From the IMG/VR virus record IMGVR_UViG_3300010224_000010: 64,000 bases of DNA. One strand, written 5' to 3'. Numbering within the stretch: position 1 is the stretch's first letter; each line of letters begins with the position of its first letter. This document shows positions 8,603 through 16,387 of this stretch, in pieces. A program made the translations under genes and the position numbers. This DNA is from a virus. A model generated the notes under the pieces. It was not told the DNA's origin, did no database searches, and worked only from the letters and a program-made list of their open reading frames with translations.

Positions 8603-8976
8603 CACAGCAGGCCTTCCTGCTCGGCGGCACGAGCGAGGTCGTCCGCGTGGTCGTAGTCGTTCTTGAGGTCGATGCCGGCCTGCTGGAGCTCGAAGGCGAG
8701 GTCGCCGAGCGTGTAGTCGTCGCCGCGGTGGTTGGCGACTTCGAGGCGGGCGATCGCGGCGCGGGTGGTGGCGTACTGGGCCTCGATGTCGACGAGTCGC
8801 TTGAGCACGGACAGGCATCCGGCGAGGGCTCGGCTGACGGCGGCAGGGTCGGTGCGGTGGCGGTCGGCGTAGCGGATGGCGTTGAGCGTGCGCAGGACTG
8901 CGTCGCTGTCGGCGGTGGGGGCGTAGCCGAGGGACTGGCCGAGGACGGTGCGGTCCTCAGCGGTGAGGAGGTTCAT
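8602..8976 (-). CDS. hypothetical protein
   Basis: 124-aa ORF with normal composition, coupled on both sides. Confidence 0.6.
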   Translation of the reverse strand: MNLLTAEDRTVLGQSLGYAPTADSDAVLRTLNAIRYADRHRTDPAAVSRALAGCLSVLKRLVDIEAQYATTRAAIARLEVANHRGDDYTLGDLAFELQQAGIDLKNDYDHADDLARAAEQEGLL

Positions 8977-9722
8977 GCGCCCTCACCCGCCCGCTGTGCG
9001 AAGATCAGCGGCCAGCTGCCGTCGATGACCTTGTTCGGGTCGCCGCCCTGCTCCTCCGTGGCCTTCGTGCGGAACCACTGCTGGAGGCCGGCCTGCTGGT
9101 CCGCCCGCCACTTCTGCTGGGAGGTGAACAGACGCTCCGGGCCCATCGCGGCCAGGTACTTGTGCTTGGCGAACTGCGCCTCGGCGATGAGGAGCGCGGC
9201 GAGGGCGTCGGCCTCGGCGGTGTGCCAGTCGGCGAGCTCGACGCCGTACCGCTCGGCGGTGGGCTTCAGCTTCCGCATGCCGGTGCCCTTGACGTACTTG
9301 TCGACCTGCTTGTCGATGACGTGCGGGTCGATGAGCGGCAGCGTGCGCAACCCGGACAGCCGCTGCGACATGGGCGGGAGCCCGTTGCGCTCCAGGTCGC
9401 GGACGAGGATCGTCCAGTCGAAGGAGAGGTTGAACGCGATGAGCGGCATCCCGTACCGCAGGGCGGCCGTGAGGTGCCCGGCGATGTCCTCCAGGGCGTC
9501 CTTCGGGTTGGCGCCCTGCGCGGCCTTGGCGTCGTCGATGCCGTGGACCTCGGTGGCCTCGGCCGGGATGGGCATGCCGGGGTTGATCAGATATGACATG
9601 GCCTTGTCGTCCCGGCCGCCGCCGCGGACCACCAGGGCGGCGGTCACGATGCGGTCGTTGAGCGGGTCGGGTCCGGTGGTCTCCGTGTCGAAGGCGAGCT
9701 TGCGCAGGTCAGCGAACTTCAC
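8973..9722 (-). CDS. DnaQ-like 3'-5' exonuclease (DEDDh)
   Basis: Exo motifs FDTETTG, NLSFDW, HTAEADA. Confidence 0.8.
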   Translation of the reverse strand: MKFADLRKLAFDTETTGPDPLNDRIVTAALVVRGGGRDDKAMSYLINPGMPIPAEATEVHGIDDAKAAQGANPKDALEDIAGHLTAALRYGMPLIAFNLSFDWTILVRDLERNGLPPMSQRLSGLRTLPLIDPHVIDKQVDKYVKGTGMRKLKPTAERYGVELADWHTAEADALAALLIAEAQFAKHKYLAAMGPERLFTSQQKWRADQQAGLQQWFRTKATEEQGGDPNKVIDGSWPLIFAQRAGEGA

Positions 9723-10864
9723 GCGACCTCACCGGCCTTCACCGCGGCGAGGTAGGCGGTCATCTGCGCGACGGTCCCGGACGAGGGGTGGGTGCCGCCG
9801 TTGCGTTGCGCGAACCCTGCTTCGACCTGGTCGGTGGTGAGCCCGTACGGTCCGGCGGCGGCGATGATCTGGAACCAGACGGCTTGCACCTCCGCCGGGT
9901 CATCGACGAACTCGGCGTCGACAACCTCGTCCGCCTGCTGTCCGCCTTCGACGTACAGCAACTCCGTTTCCCGGGCCAGGTCGTAGCCGGAATCGTCGGG
10001 CGTGCCCGGCTCCTTCGGCTTCTTCTCAGGCGCGCCGAGCGTGGCGGCCCGAGCCTTCAGCGCCTTGGCGAGGTCGTCGTCCAGGTGCCCGGCCTGGTTC
10101 GCCTGGGTCCACAGCTTGCCGACTTCCTCGGAGGTCTTCGCTACTGCGGCGAGCGCCGCGTAGTCCGGGCGCCCGGACGTGATGGCCACCCGCTCCGGAC
10201 CCTGCGCGACGGCCGGGGCGCCGCCGGTGATCTTCCCCTCCATCAGCGCGGCCGGGGTGATCTCCACGTCGAGGGTCGGCACCATGAACCGGGCCGGCTT
10301 GTCGTCGACGATGGCCGTCTTCTCTTCCACGCCGAGCCATCCGGCGACGTACCCGCCAGACTGCGCCAGCAGCTCGGCCGCCGGGGGCAAGGTGACGCCA
10401 GCGTGGTAACCCTTGCTGATGAGGAGCCACTGACCGAGGGCGGGGACGTCGCGGAGCATGACGTTCACCCGGGTCGTGATCTTGCAGTCCCGCTTCTCCG
10501 GGTCGCACATGCACGGCCGGTCGGACTTCTGCTCGGTGACGCCGTCGCAGCGGCGCTGGCACTTCGATCCGGCGTACAGCTCGTACCACTGGGAGACGGC
10601 GTCGCGCGGTGGGATGAGGACGGGCAGCCGGTTGACGGTGGAGTACACCTCGAACTCGGAGGGGCCGTTGTTGGCCGGGGTCCACGGCTTGACCTCGCCG
10701 CCGTACAGCTCGGCGACGCTGGCGAGGATCTCCCGGGAGGGGCTGGTGAAGCGGAACTTGTTGAGCTTGGCCGGGCGGGTCTTGCCGCCAGCGGTGGGGA
10801 CGACGTGGCCGAGGCGGATCTCGCCGAGCTGACGCATCCGCATCTGGAGGTCGAGGATGGGCAT
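9719..10864 (-). CDS. conserved actinophage early protein; candidate phiC31 gp3-like recombination directionality factor
   Basis: Start MPILDLQMRMRQLGEIRLG at 10864 overlaps the upstream stop. Cys cluster CQRRCDG..CMC. The gp3-like call is recollection only. Confidence 0.35.
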   Translation of the reverse strand: MPILDLQMRMRQLGEIRLGHVVPTAGGKTRPAKLNKFRFTSPSREILASVAELYGGEVKPWTPANNGPSEFEVYSTVNRLPVLIPPRDAVSQWYELYAGSKCQRRCDGVTEQKSDRPCMCDPEKRDCKITTRVNVMLRDVPALGQWLLISKGYHAGVTLPPAAELLAQSGGYVAGWLGVEEKTAIVDDKPARFMVPTLDVEITPAALMEGKITGGAPAVAQGPERVAITSGRPDYAALAAVAKTSEEVGKLWTQANQAGHLDDDLAKALKARAATLGAPEKKPKEPGTPDDSGYDLARETELLYVEGGQQADEVVDAEFVDDPAEVQAVWFQIIAAAGPYGLTTDQVEAGFAQRNGGTHPSSGTVAQMTAYLAAVKAGEVA

Positions 10865-11784
10865 CAGGCGGCCCTCTCTTCGGTGGTGACGGGGAGGGTG
10901 AGGGCGGGACGGATGACGGTCTTCGACAGGCCGGACGTCCACTCGGCGTTGCGCTTCACGGTGAGGAAGGCGTCGAACACGGCGTCGTCGGCGACGGCCG
11001 GGATGAGCCGGTAGCCCTCCGGCCGCAGGTGCAGGACCACACCCGCCCAGAACGTGGGCGGCATGGGCACCTTCGTGCCGTCGCGCAGCCAGGCGACCTT
11101 CGCCTTGCGGTACGCGGCCATCTGCAACGAGGCCTCGGGGTAGACGCCCTTGACGTCGAGTTCACCGCCGGTCTTGGTGTCGCCGCAGAACACGGTCCCG
11201 GCCGGGACCTCGCAGTCGAAGTACGCGGCGAGGGCCTGCTCGATCAGCGGCGAGCGGACGAGGTAGTCGAGGGTGCCGGCGTACCCCTGCTCCTCGTTGC
11301 CGACGACCATCTCGGAGGCTTCGAAGGTGACTTGCCACTCTTCGACGAAGGTGAGGAAGTGGTCGAGGAACGGCACCAACTCGGGGTCGTTGAGGAGGTC
11401 GGCGGGCATCGGCGTGCCGAGCACGTTCGCTTCGATGACCTTGTGGACGGCGGAGCCGACGTCCTTGCGCTCGTCCTTCTTGCGGGTGTGGGCGCGGCGG
11501 AGCCAGTCGTACGCCTCGGTCCGCTTGTCGGCGTAGAGGGACGAACTCACCAGGTACGGGAGGTTGTTCATCGCCGTGTCGGCGGTGATGTTCCCGGCCC
11601 AGAAGGTGAGGGCGTCGCCCTTGCTGGTGCCCTGTTCGAGGATGGTGGTGACGCGGCGGAGCTTGAGGTCGGTGCCCTTGACGCGGTACCAGCCTTGGGA
11701 GGGCTTGGGGATGCGGTCGGTGCCGGTGGGTGCGGCCGTCTGCTTGCGGGCGCGGCGGCTGGCGGTTGGGGCGGTGGTGCTCAC
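10864..11784 (-). CDS. PD-(D/E)XK (RecB/Cas4-like) exonuclease
   Basis: GTLDYLV ... FCGDTKTG ... QMAAY motifs. GTG 11782-11784 overlaps the upstream stop. Confidence 0.65.
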   Translation of the reverse strand: MSTTAPTASRRARKQTAAPTGTDRIPKPSQGWYRVKGTDLKLRRVTTILEQGTSKGDALTFWAGNITADTAMNNLPYLVSSSLYADKRTEAYDWLRRAHTRKKDERKDVGSAVHKVIEANVLGTPMPADLLNDPELVPFLDHFLTFVEEWQVTFEASEMVVGNEEQGYAGTLDYLVRSPLIEQALAAYFDCEVPAGTVFCGDTKTGGELDVKGVYPEASLQMAAYRKAKVAWLRDGTKVPMPPTFWAGVVLHLRPEGYRLIPAVADDAVFDAFLTVKRNAEWTSGLSKTVIRPALTLPVTTEERAA

Positions 11785-12269
11785 GTGCGGTCCCCCTGGG
11801 TGGTGTCGTTCTTGAATCCGCCGCGGGCGACGGCCCGACGGACAGCGCGGGCCTGGTGCTCCCAGTAGCTGCGGTCGTCGTCGGGCATGCCGTTCCACGG
11901 CGGGCTGTTGAGGTCGAAGCGGTGGGCGAGCCAGGCGGCGAGGGTGTCGGGGGCGGCGTCGGCCGGGCGGTTCATCTCCCGCCGGTAGGCGTCCCGCTCG
12001 TCGGCGGCGTGCTCGTAGAGGAGGCGCCGCACTTCCCGCTGCGCCACGTCGGCGCGGTCGTCGCGGACGACGGCGCGGAGGGTGCGGACGAGGCCGCGGA
12101 GCATGGCCAGCTCCCCGTCGTACGCCTGCTCGTCGGCCACCAGCGGAGTGACGGCTTCAGTGACGCGGTCCGTGAGGACCTGGAACGTGACGAGGCCGAG
12201 GTGGTGGTGGGTGCCCTGCACCGTGCGGAGCGCAGCCTCAACGGCCGCGCGGACGTCGGGAGCGCTCAT
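11781..12269 (-). CDS. hypothetical protein
   Basis: 162-aa ORF, coupled on both sides. Confidence 0.6.
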   Translation of the reverse strand: MSAPDVRAAVEAALRTVQGTHHHLGLVTFQVLTDRVTEAVTPLVADEQAYDGELAMLRGLVRTLRAVVRDDRADVAQREVRRLLYEHAADERDAYRREMNRPADAAPDTLAAWLAHRFDLNSPPWNGMPDDDRSYWEHQARAVRRAVARGGFKNDTTQGDRT

Positions 12270-12724
12270 GCGGCGTCACCGCCCACGTACCGGGCGAACA
12301 CCCGGACCCCGTTATCACCTGGCACAACCCGCGCGTCGAACGATCCCGCCGGCAGGTACGCGCGGACAGTCCCGGACCGGCCACGGACCAGAGCCGCGAT
12401 CCCGTTCGCGGACTCCCGGCTGGCGTAGCAGCCCACTTCCATCTCCTCGCCCGGCTGGCGGCGCAGGCGGGCGGCGACGTCGCGGTGTACGACGTTGCGG
12501 CGTGGTGGGGTGGGGATGATGCCGTCGGCGCGGTCGTTGAGGAGGTTGCGGGCGTGGGCGAGGCCGCGGGCGTGGGGCCCTCCGGTGCGGACGCGGTCGC
12601 CGAGGTCGGTTGCGGCTGCGCGGAGATGCTCGGAGATGAGGGCGTCGAGTCGGGTGTTCAGTTCCTTCTCGGCCTGCTCGTCGAGGTTGAACATGGCGTG
12701 GATGCGGGCGCGGGCGTCGCTCAT
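12266..12724 (-). CDS. hypothetical protein
   Basis: Start MSDARARIH at 12724 (ATGA overlap). The upstream part of the 298-aa track ORF is Arg/Pro junk. Confidence 0.55.
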   Translation of the reverse strand: MSDARARIHAMFNLDEQAEKELNTRLDALISEHLRAAATDLGDRVRTGGPHARGLAHARNLLNDRADGIIPTPPRRNVVHRDVAARLRRQPGEEMEVGCYASRESANGIAALVRGRSGTVRAYLPAGSFDARVVPGDNGVRVFARYVGGDAA

Positions 12725-13098
12725 GCCGCACCTGCCTCGCGCTGCGCCGGGATGTGCACCCGCGGAGCCGGGACCGCAGCCCGCAACTTCCCGATCAGGC
12801 GGACGAGGGCCTTCTCCCGCACCGGCACCTCGTAGCCCACGATCAGCGCGAGCTTCTCCACGAGGAGCTTCTCCGGCTCCCACCCGTCGTGCTCGCGGGC
12901 CTTGGCCCGGTCGTCGACGATCTCCAGCAGGAGAGCGAGGGCTTCCTCGTCGTCCGTGAGGGTCTCGACGACGTGCTCGAAGTAGTCGGTGAGGTCGAGG
13001 AACACCCCGTCCGGGACGCGCCGGGTGTAGAGGCGCATCGGGCCGGTGATGGCGGGCCGGCGGAACAGGCGGTGGAGGTACAGACGGACGCGGTTCAT
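12721..13098 (-). CDS. hypothetical protein
   Basis: 125-aa ORF, coupled on both sides. Confidence 0.6.
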   Translation of the reverse strand: MNRVRLYLHRLFRRPAITGPMRLYTRRVPDGVFLDLTDYFEHVVETLTDDEEALALLLEIVDDRAKAREHDGWEPEKLLVEKLALIVGYEVPVREKALVRLIGKLRAAVPAPRVHIPAQREAGAA

Positions 13099-13403
13099 CG
13101 GGTGCCTCCCGTGGCGGGGAAGAGGAGAGCCAGGAGCGCGGCCAGCGAGATCGCGGCATCACGCGGGATGTGCCGGGCGCGGGCGGCGGCGGTGTGGGCG
13201 TCGTGCTTCGCGTTGGTCACGGCCACGAGGAGCGCGTCCAGGCGGCCGGACTCGACGAGCCGGGCGAGGGCGGGTCGCGGGTCGAAGTCCGCGGGGTCGG
13301 CCTCAACGAACAGGTGCCAGCCGACCGAGTAGACGCCGAACCCGCCGAACGCGAGCGACAGCATCTGCGCCCACTCAGCCGGGGAGTGTGCGTGGCCAGT
13401 CAT
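13095..13403 (-). CDS. small membrane protein
   Basis: Start MTGHAHS at 13403 (ATGA overlap). Hydrophobic segments MLSLAFGGFGVYSVGW and ISLAALLALLF. Confidence 0.5.
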   Translation of the reverse strand: MTGHAHSPAEWAQMLSLAFGGFGVYSVGWHLFVEADPADFDPRPALARLVESGRLDALLVAVTNAKHDAHTAAARARHIPRDAAISLAALLALLFPATGGTR

Positions 13404-14272
13404 TCCGCACCGCCCGACTCGGCGAGCAGCGCGGCCAGCTTCTCCGCCGACTTCTTCACCGCCGCCGCGTCCTCCACAGGCCACGCCACCGGCAGGCCGA
13501 GCAACTCGGACAGCTGGCGGCGTGCCGCTGCGTGCCCCTGCCACCGGTCGTAGTCGTGCGTGTTGTCGCCATGGCAGTTCCGCAATGCGGTGACGTACTC
13601 CGCCCGCGCGGCCACGAACTCCGCGACGATCGCGTCCTGCTTCTCCCGCTTCCGCAGGGCCTTGATCGCGTCGTCGAGGGACTCGTTCGTCGAGTGCCGC
13701 TCCGACTCCAGGGCACCGATGCGAGCCTCAGCGGCCAGCAACTCCTCCGTACGGGCCACCAGCAGCTCAGCCATCCGCCCGGCATGCGAGGTGAACCGGG
13801 CCGCACGACGAGCCAGCATCCGATCCTTGACCTGCTCGTCCGACGGACGCTCCCAGGAGTGCACACCCGCAGTCGCGATGTACCGCCGCCCGTGCACCCG
13901 CTTCGCTTCACCGCAGTGCGTACAGCCGTACGGCTCCGACACCCGCTCACGGATCAGATCCCGCTCACGCCGGGCACGAGCGGTGTCACGCCCCGCCTGC
14001 TCCAAGAGGCCCTGCAACTCGACGACCTGCTCCGCCAGCCGCTCCAGCTCGGAACGCGGCTCCGGGCCGACCGGCACCGGCAACACACGCGCCGACCCGA
14101 CAATCCCGTGCTCCGCCAACTCCGCCAGCGTCGCCATCACGAACTCCGGGCACCGGCACGAACCCTCAACCGCGTACAAGCCGCGCCCGTCAGCCGTCAC
14201 CGCGCGCCGCTCCCAGCACACGCCATCCCGCGTGTTCACGACCAGCGGGTCGTGCGTCACCGCGGCGCTCAC
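13400..14272 (-). CDS. hypothetical coiled-coil protein with Cys motifs
   Basis: 290 aa with CRCPEF, YGCTHCGE and long heptad-like stretches. GTGA overlap. Confidence 0.6.
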   Translation of the reverse strand: MSAAVTHDPLVVNTRDGVCWERRAVTADGRGLYAVEGSCRCPEFVMATLAELAEHGIVGSARVLPVPVGPEPRSELERLAEQVVELQGLLEQAGRDTARARRERDLIRERVSEPYGCTHCGEAKRVHGRRYIATAGVHSWERPSDEQVKDRMLARRAARFTSHAGRMAELLVARTEELLAAEARIGALESERHSTNESLDDAIKALRKREKQDAIVAEFVAARAEYVTALRNCHGDNTHDYDRWQGHAAARRQLSELLGLPVAWPVEDAAAVKKSAEKLAALLAESGGAE

Positions 14273-14577
14273 AGCGACACCGCCACAGCAGCAGGCAGAA
14301 GCACGGCCACCTCGACCGGAACGTCACGCCACACCGTCTTCAGCACGTGCCGCCGCACCCGCTGCCCGCGCAGCTCGAACGTGTCCGCCGCCGCCCGCAC
14401 GCTGCCACCGAGGACCTCGGCGTACGCCGACAGGGACTCCAGGCCGCCGTGGAGGCTGCCGTGCAGGTCGGGGATGATCGATCCGATCGACCAGCCAGCT
14501 TCCGGCAGTTCGGGGTGCTCGGTCAGGAGCTGCACCAGCGCGGTCGCTGCGCTGAGCTGGGTAGAGTTACTGGTCAC
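14269..14577 (-). CDS. hypothetical protein
   Basis: GTG 14575-14577 preceded by AGAAAGAGG RBS. An alternative ATG lies further upstream in the same ORF. Confidence 0.5.
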   Translation of the reverse strand: MTSNSTQLSAATALVQLLTEHPELPEAGWSIGSIIPDLHGSLHGGLESLSAYAEVLGGSVRAAADTFELRGQRVRRHVLKTVWRDVPVEVAVLLPAAVAVSL

Positions 14578-14666
14578 GGGGACCTCTTTCTGTGATGAGG
14601 GGTTGCCGAAAGTCGTGGGGTCGTCGGGTCGCATCCGGCGGCCCTTCGGCGCATCTGGGGGGTGGG

Positions 14667-14852
14667 TCAGGCGGCGTCGGCCGGCGGCTGGCTCTGCATC
14701 GCGCGGGCCGAGGCGAAGACCGCCCGCAGCTGCTCGCGCAATTCGGGCCGCAGCGGCGGCGCGGCATCGACGATGCGGCGGGCCTTCTCGATGGCGGCCG
14801 GGCCGAGGATCTGCGCGGCGCGGGCCCGTGAGAACGGGGGAGCCTCGTTCAT
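14667..14852 (-). CDS. hypothetical small protein (61 aa)
   Basis: MNEAPPFSRARAAQILG... ATGA overlap with the cro-like gene. Confidence 0.45.
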   Translation of the reverse strand: MNEAPPFSRARAAQILGPAAIEKARRIVDAAPPLRPELREQLRAVFASARAMQSQPPADAA

Positions 14853-15142
14853 GCCGGCACCGCGACGATCTGAGGGGGCTCGACGGGGGCCGGGACTGTG
14901 CGGCCGGTGTGCTCCCACAGGACGAGGAGGTCGACTCCAAGCCGTTTGGCAATTGCCAGAGCCTCGTCCTGGGTGGCGGTCTCCCGCTCTCCGGTGCGCA
15001 GGTGGCCGATCTTGCTGGGGTGGCATCCGGCGGCGTCGGCGAGGTCGCGGACGCTGACGCTTCGGCCGTTGCCGGTGCGTTCCATCAGCTGACACAGGAG
15101 GTCAGGACTGACGAGCACCATGGGGTTTTGCTGGGGGCGCAT
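14849..15142 (-). CDS. Cro-like XRE-family HTH regulator (first gene of the early operon)
   Basis: HTH SVRDLADAAGCHPSKIGHLRTGE. GGAGG RBS 7 nt before ATG 15142. Divergent from the repressor. Confidence 0.7.
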   Translation of the reverse strand: MRPQQNPMVLVSPDLLCQLMERTGNGRSVSVRDLADAAGCHPSKIGHLRTGERETATQDEALAIAKRLGVDLLVLWEHTGRTVPAPVEPPQIVAVPA

Positions 15143-15145
15143 TGA

Positions 15146-15398
15146 TCACCTCCGTAGACGCTGTGTGCGTTTCCGTGAACAAGACCGACAGTACACATCG
15201 GTAGACGGCCTGTCTACGCAAACGCACAGCGAGTCCGTTTGAGACATCACACCCCGTGGGGATGGCGCGCACGGGGTGTTTCCGTAGACACTTCGTGCTA
15301 GGCCGTGAACGGTTGCGCGGGTTGACCTGCTATTTACTCAGTGATCAATAGCGGTAACGTAGACATCAGGCGTCACGCCAGGGAGCGAAGAGGGCAGA
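15146..15398. promoter_or_regulatory. divergent immunity switch region with repeated operator-like sites
   Basis: (C)CGTAGAC at 15151-15159, 15281-15290 and 15357-15366. Palindrome GTAGACGGCCTGTCTAC at 15201-15217. CCGTGAAC twice. Hairpin CACCCCGTG/CACGGGGTG. TTGACC at 15322. Confidence 0.65.
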
Positions 15399-15839
15399 AT
15401 GCACGCCATGACCGAGCGCACTGACTTCACCGACCTCCTCAAGTCGCGGCGTGCCGAGCTCGGCTACAGCCTGCGCGAGATGGAGGCGCGCTCTCGCGAT
15501 CCCGAGAGCGGGGAGCAGGCCAAATTCGGATGGCTGTCGAAGGTGGAGCGCGGTCTATCCGTCGACCCGCCCAAGAAGGAACGCCTTAAGGCGCTCTCGA
15601 TCGGCTACGGACTGCCCGTGAAGATCCTCCAGGGTGCAGTCTTCAAGCAGTTCTACGGCTACGACCCGGCATCCGACTCCTCTGTCGTGTGGAGCGAGGA
15701 CCTCACGACCCGCATCATCGCGGCGCGAGCAGAGGAAATGTCCGACGACGACCGCCGGCAGCTTGCCGAGATCGCGGAGACCTTTGCCCGTAGGAAGACG
15801 CAGCGTAACGATGGTGTCGAGGGCAAGTCGGACGAATAG
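15399..15839 (+). CDS. cI-like XRE-family repressor
   Basis: HTH LGYSLREMEARS...WLSKVERG. GAAGAGGG RBS. Divergent to the early operon and co-oriented with the integrase. Confidence 0.7.
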   Translation: MHAMTERTDFTDLLKSRRAELGYSLREMEARSRDPESGEQAKFGWLSKVERGLSVDPPKKERLKALSIGYGLPVKILQGAVFKQFYGYDPASDSSVVWSEDLTTRIIAARAEEMSDDDRRQLAEIAETFARRKTQRNDGVEGKSDE

Positions 15840-15996
15840 TACGACTTTCCGTAACTCACTGATTCACTCTGGTCACAGCCTGATCAGTGTGGCATCGTCG
15901 GTGATCCGCCTGGGGGGCGCAAACCGATCACTCCGCACGCCCTCTCGAACTGGTGAGCGATTTTTGGCGTGCGGCTGCAATGCGGGAGGCAAAGCG

Positions 15997-16278
15997 TTGG
16001 CGGAAAACCCGAGAGACGCAGAGGGTGACGGCACGCCGGAAGGCCAGTTGCCCCCAGAAGAAGCACCCAAACCCCCCACGCCGTGTGCTGAAGTCAGGAT
16101 GGAACTGGTCGACAGTCTGCCCGGCGGCAGGGCCATCGTGGGCGTCGAGCAGGAGGGCGAGTTCACGTGGCTCGCCGACCGGCACCACGTAAGCACCCAG
16201 GCCCGAGACGAGTTCGTGGATCAACTCTCGCGCATCGTCGAAGAGCGCTGGTGGATCCAGAACTGGCCCGGCATGTAG
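15997..16278 (+). CDS. hypothetical small protein between repressor and integrase
   Basis: TTG 15997 is 7 nt after GGGAGG; alternative ATG at 16099. C-terminal part reads ...FTWLADRHHVSTQARDEFVDQLSRIVEERWWIQNWPG. Confidence 0.35.
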   Translation: MAENPRDAEGDGTPEGQLPPEEAPKPPTPCAEVRMELVDSLPGGRAIVGVEQEGEFTWLADRHHVSTQARDEFVDQLSRIVEERWWIQNWPGM

Positions 16279-16288
16279 CCACGTAGCG

Positions 16289-16314
16289 AACCCGCAGCCG
16301 CCGACCTGCGGGTT
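16289..16314 (+). terminator. hairpin terminator upstream of int
   Basis: AACCCGCAG/CTGCGGGTT stem followed by TAAT. Confidence 0.5.
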
Positions 16315-16387
16315 TAATACGGCATTTCCCTAGTCTTCGATCTAGCAAAACCCAGCGGAACGCTGTTCTCGTGTGCCAGGCTGAAGC

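Noticed and set aside
16279-16387. Alternative attP location upstream of int (CTAG-N8-CTAG, GGTTT...AAACC, GAACGCTGTTC).
   Set aside because: Only short or poor inverted symmetry: 5-bp outer arms and many mismatches in between. The region is adequately explained by a terminator hairpin plus the int promoter/RBS. It is kept only as a fallback if 18123-18155 fails.
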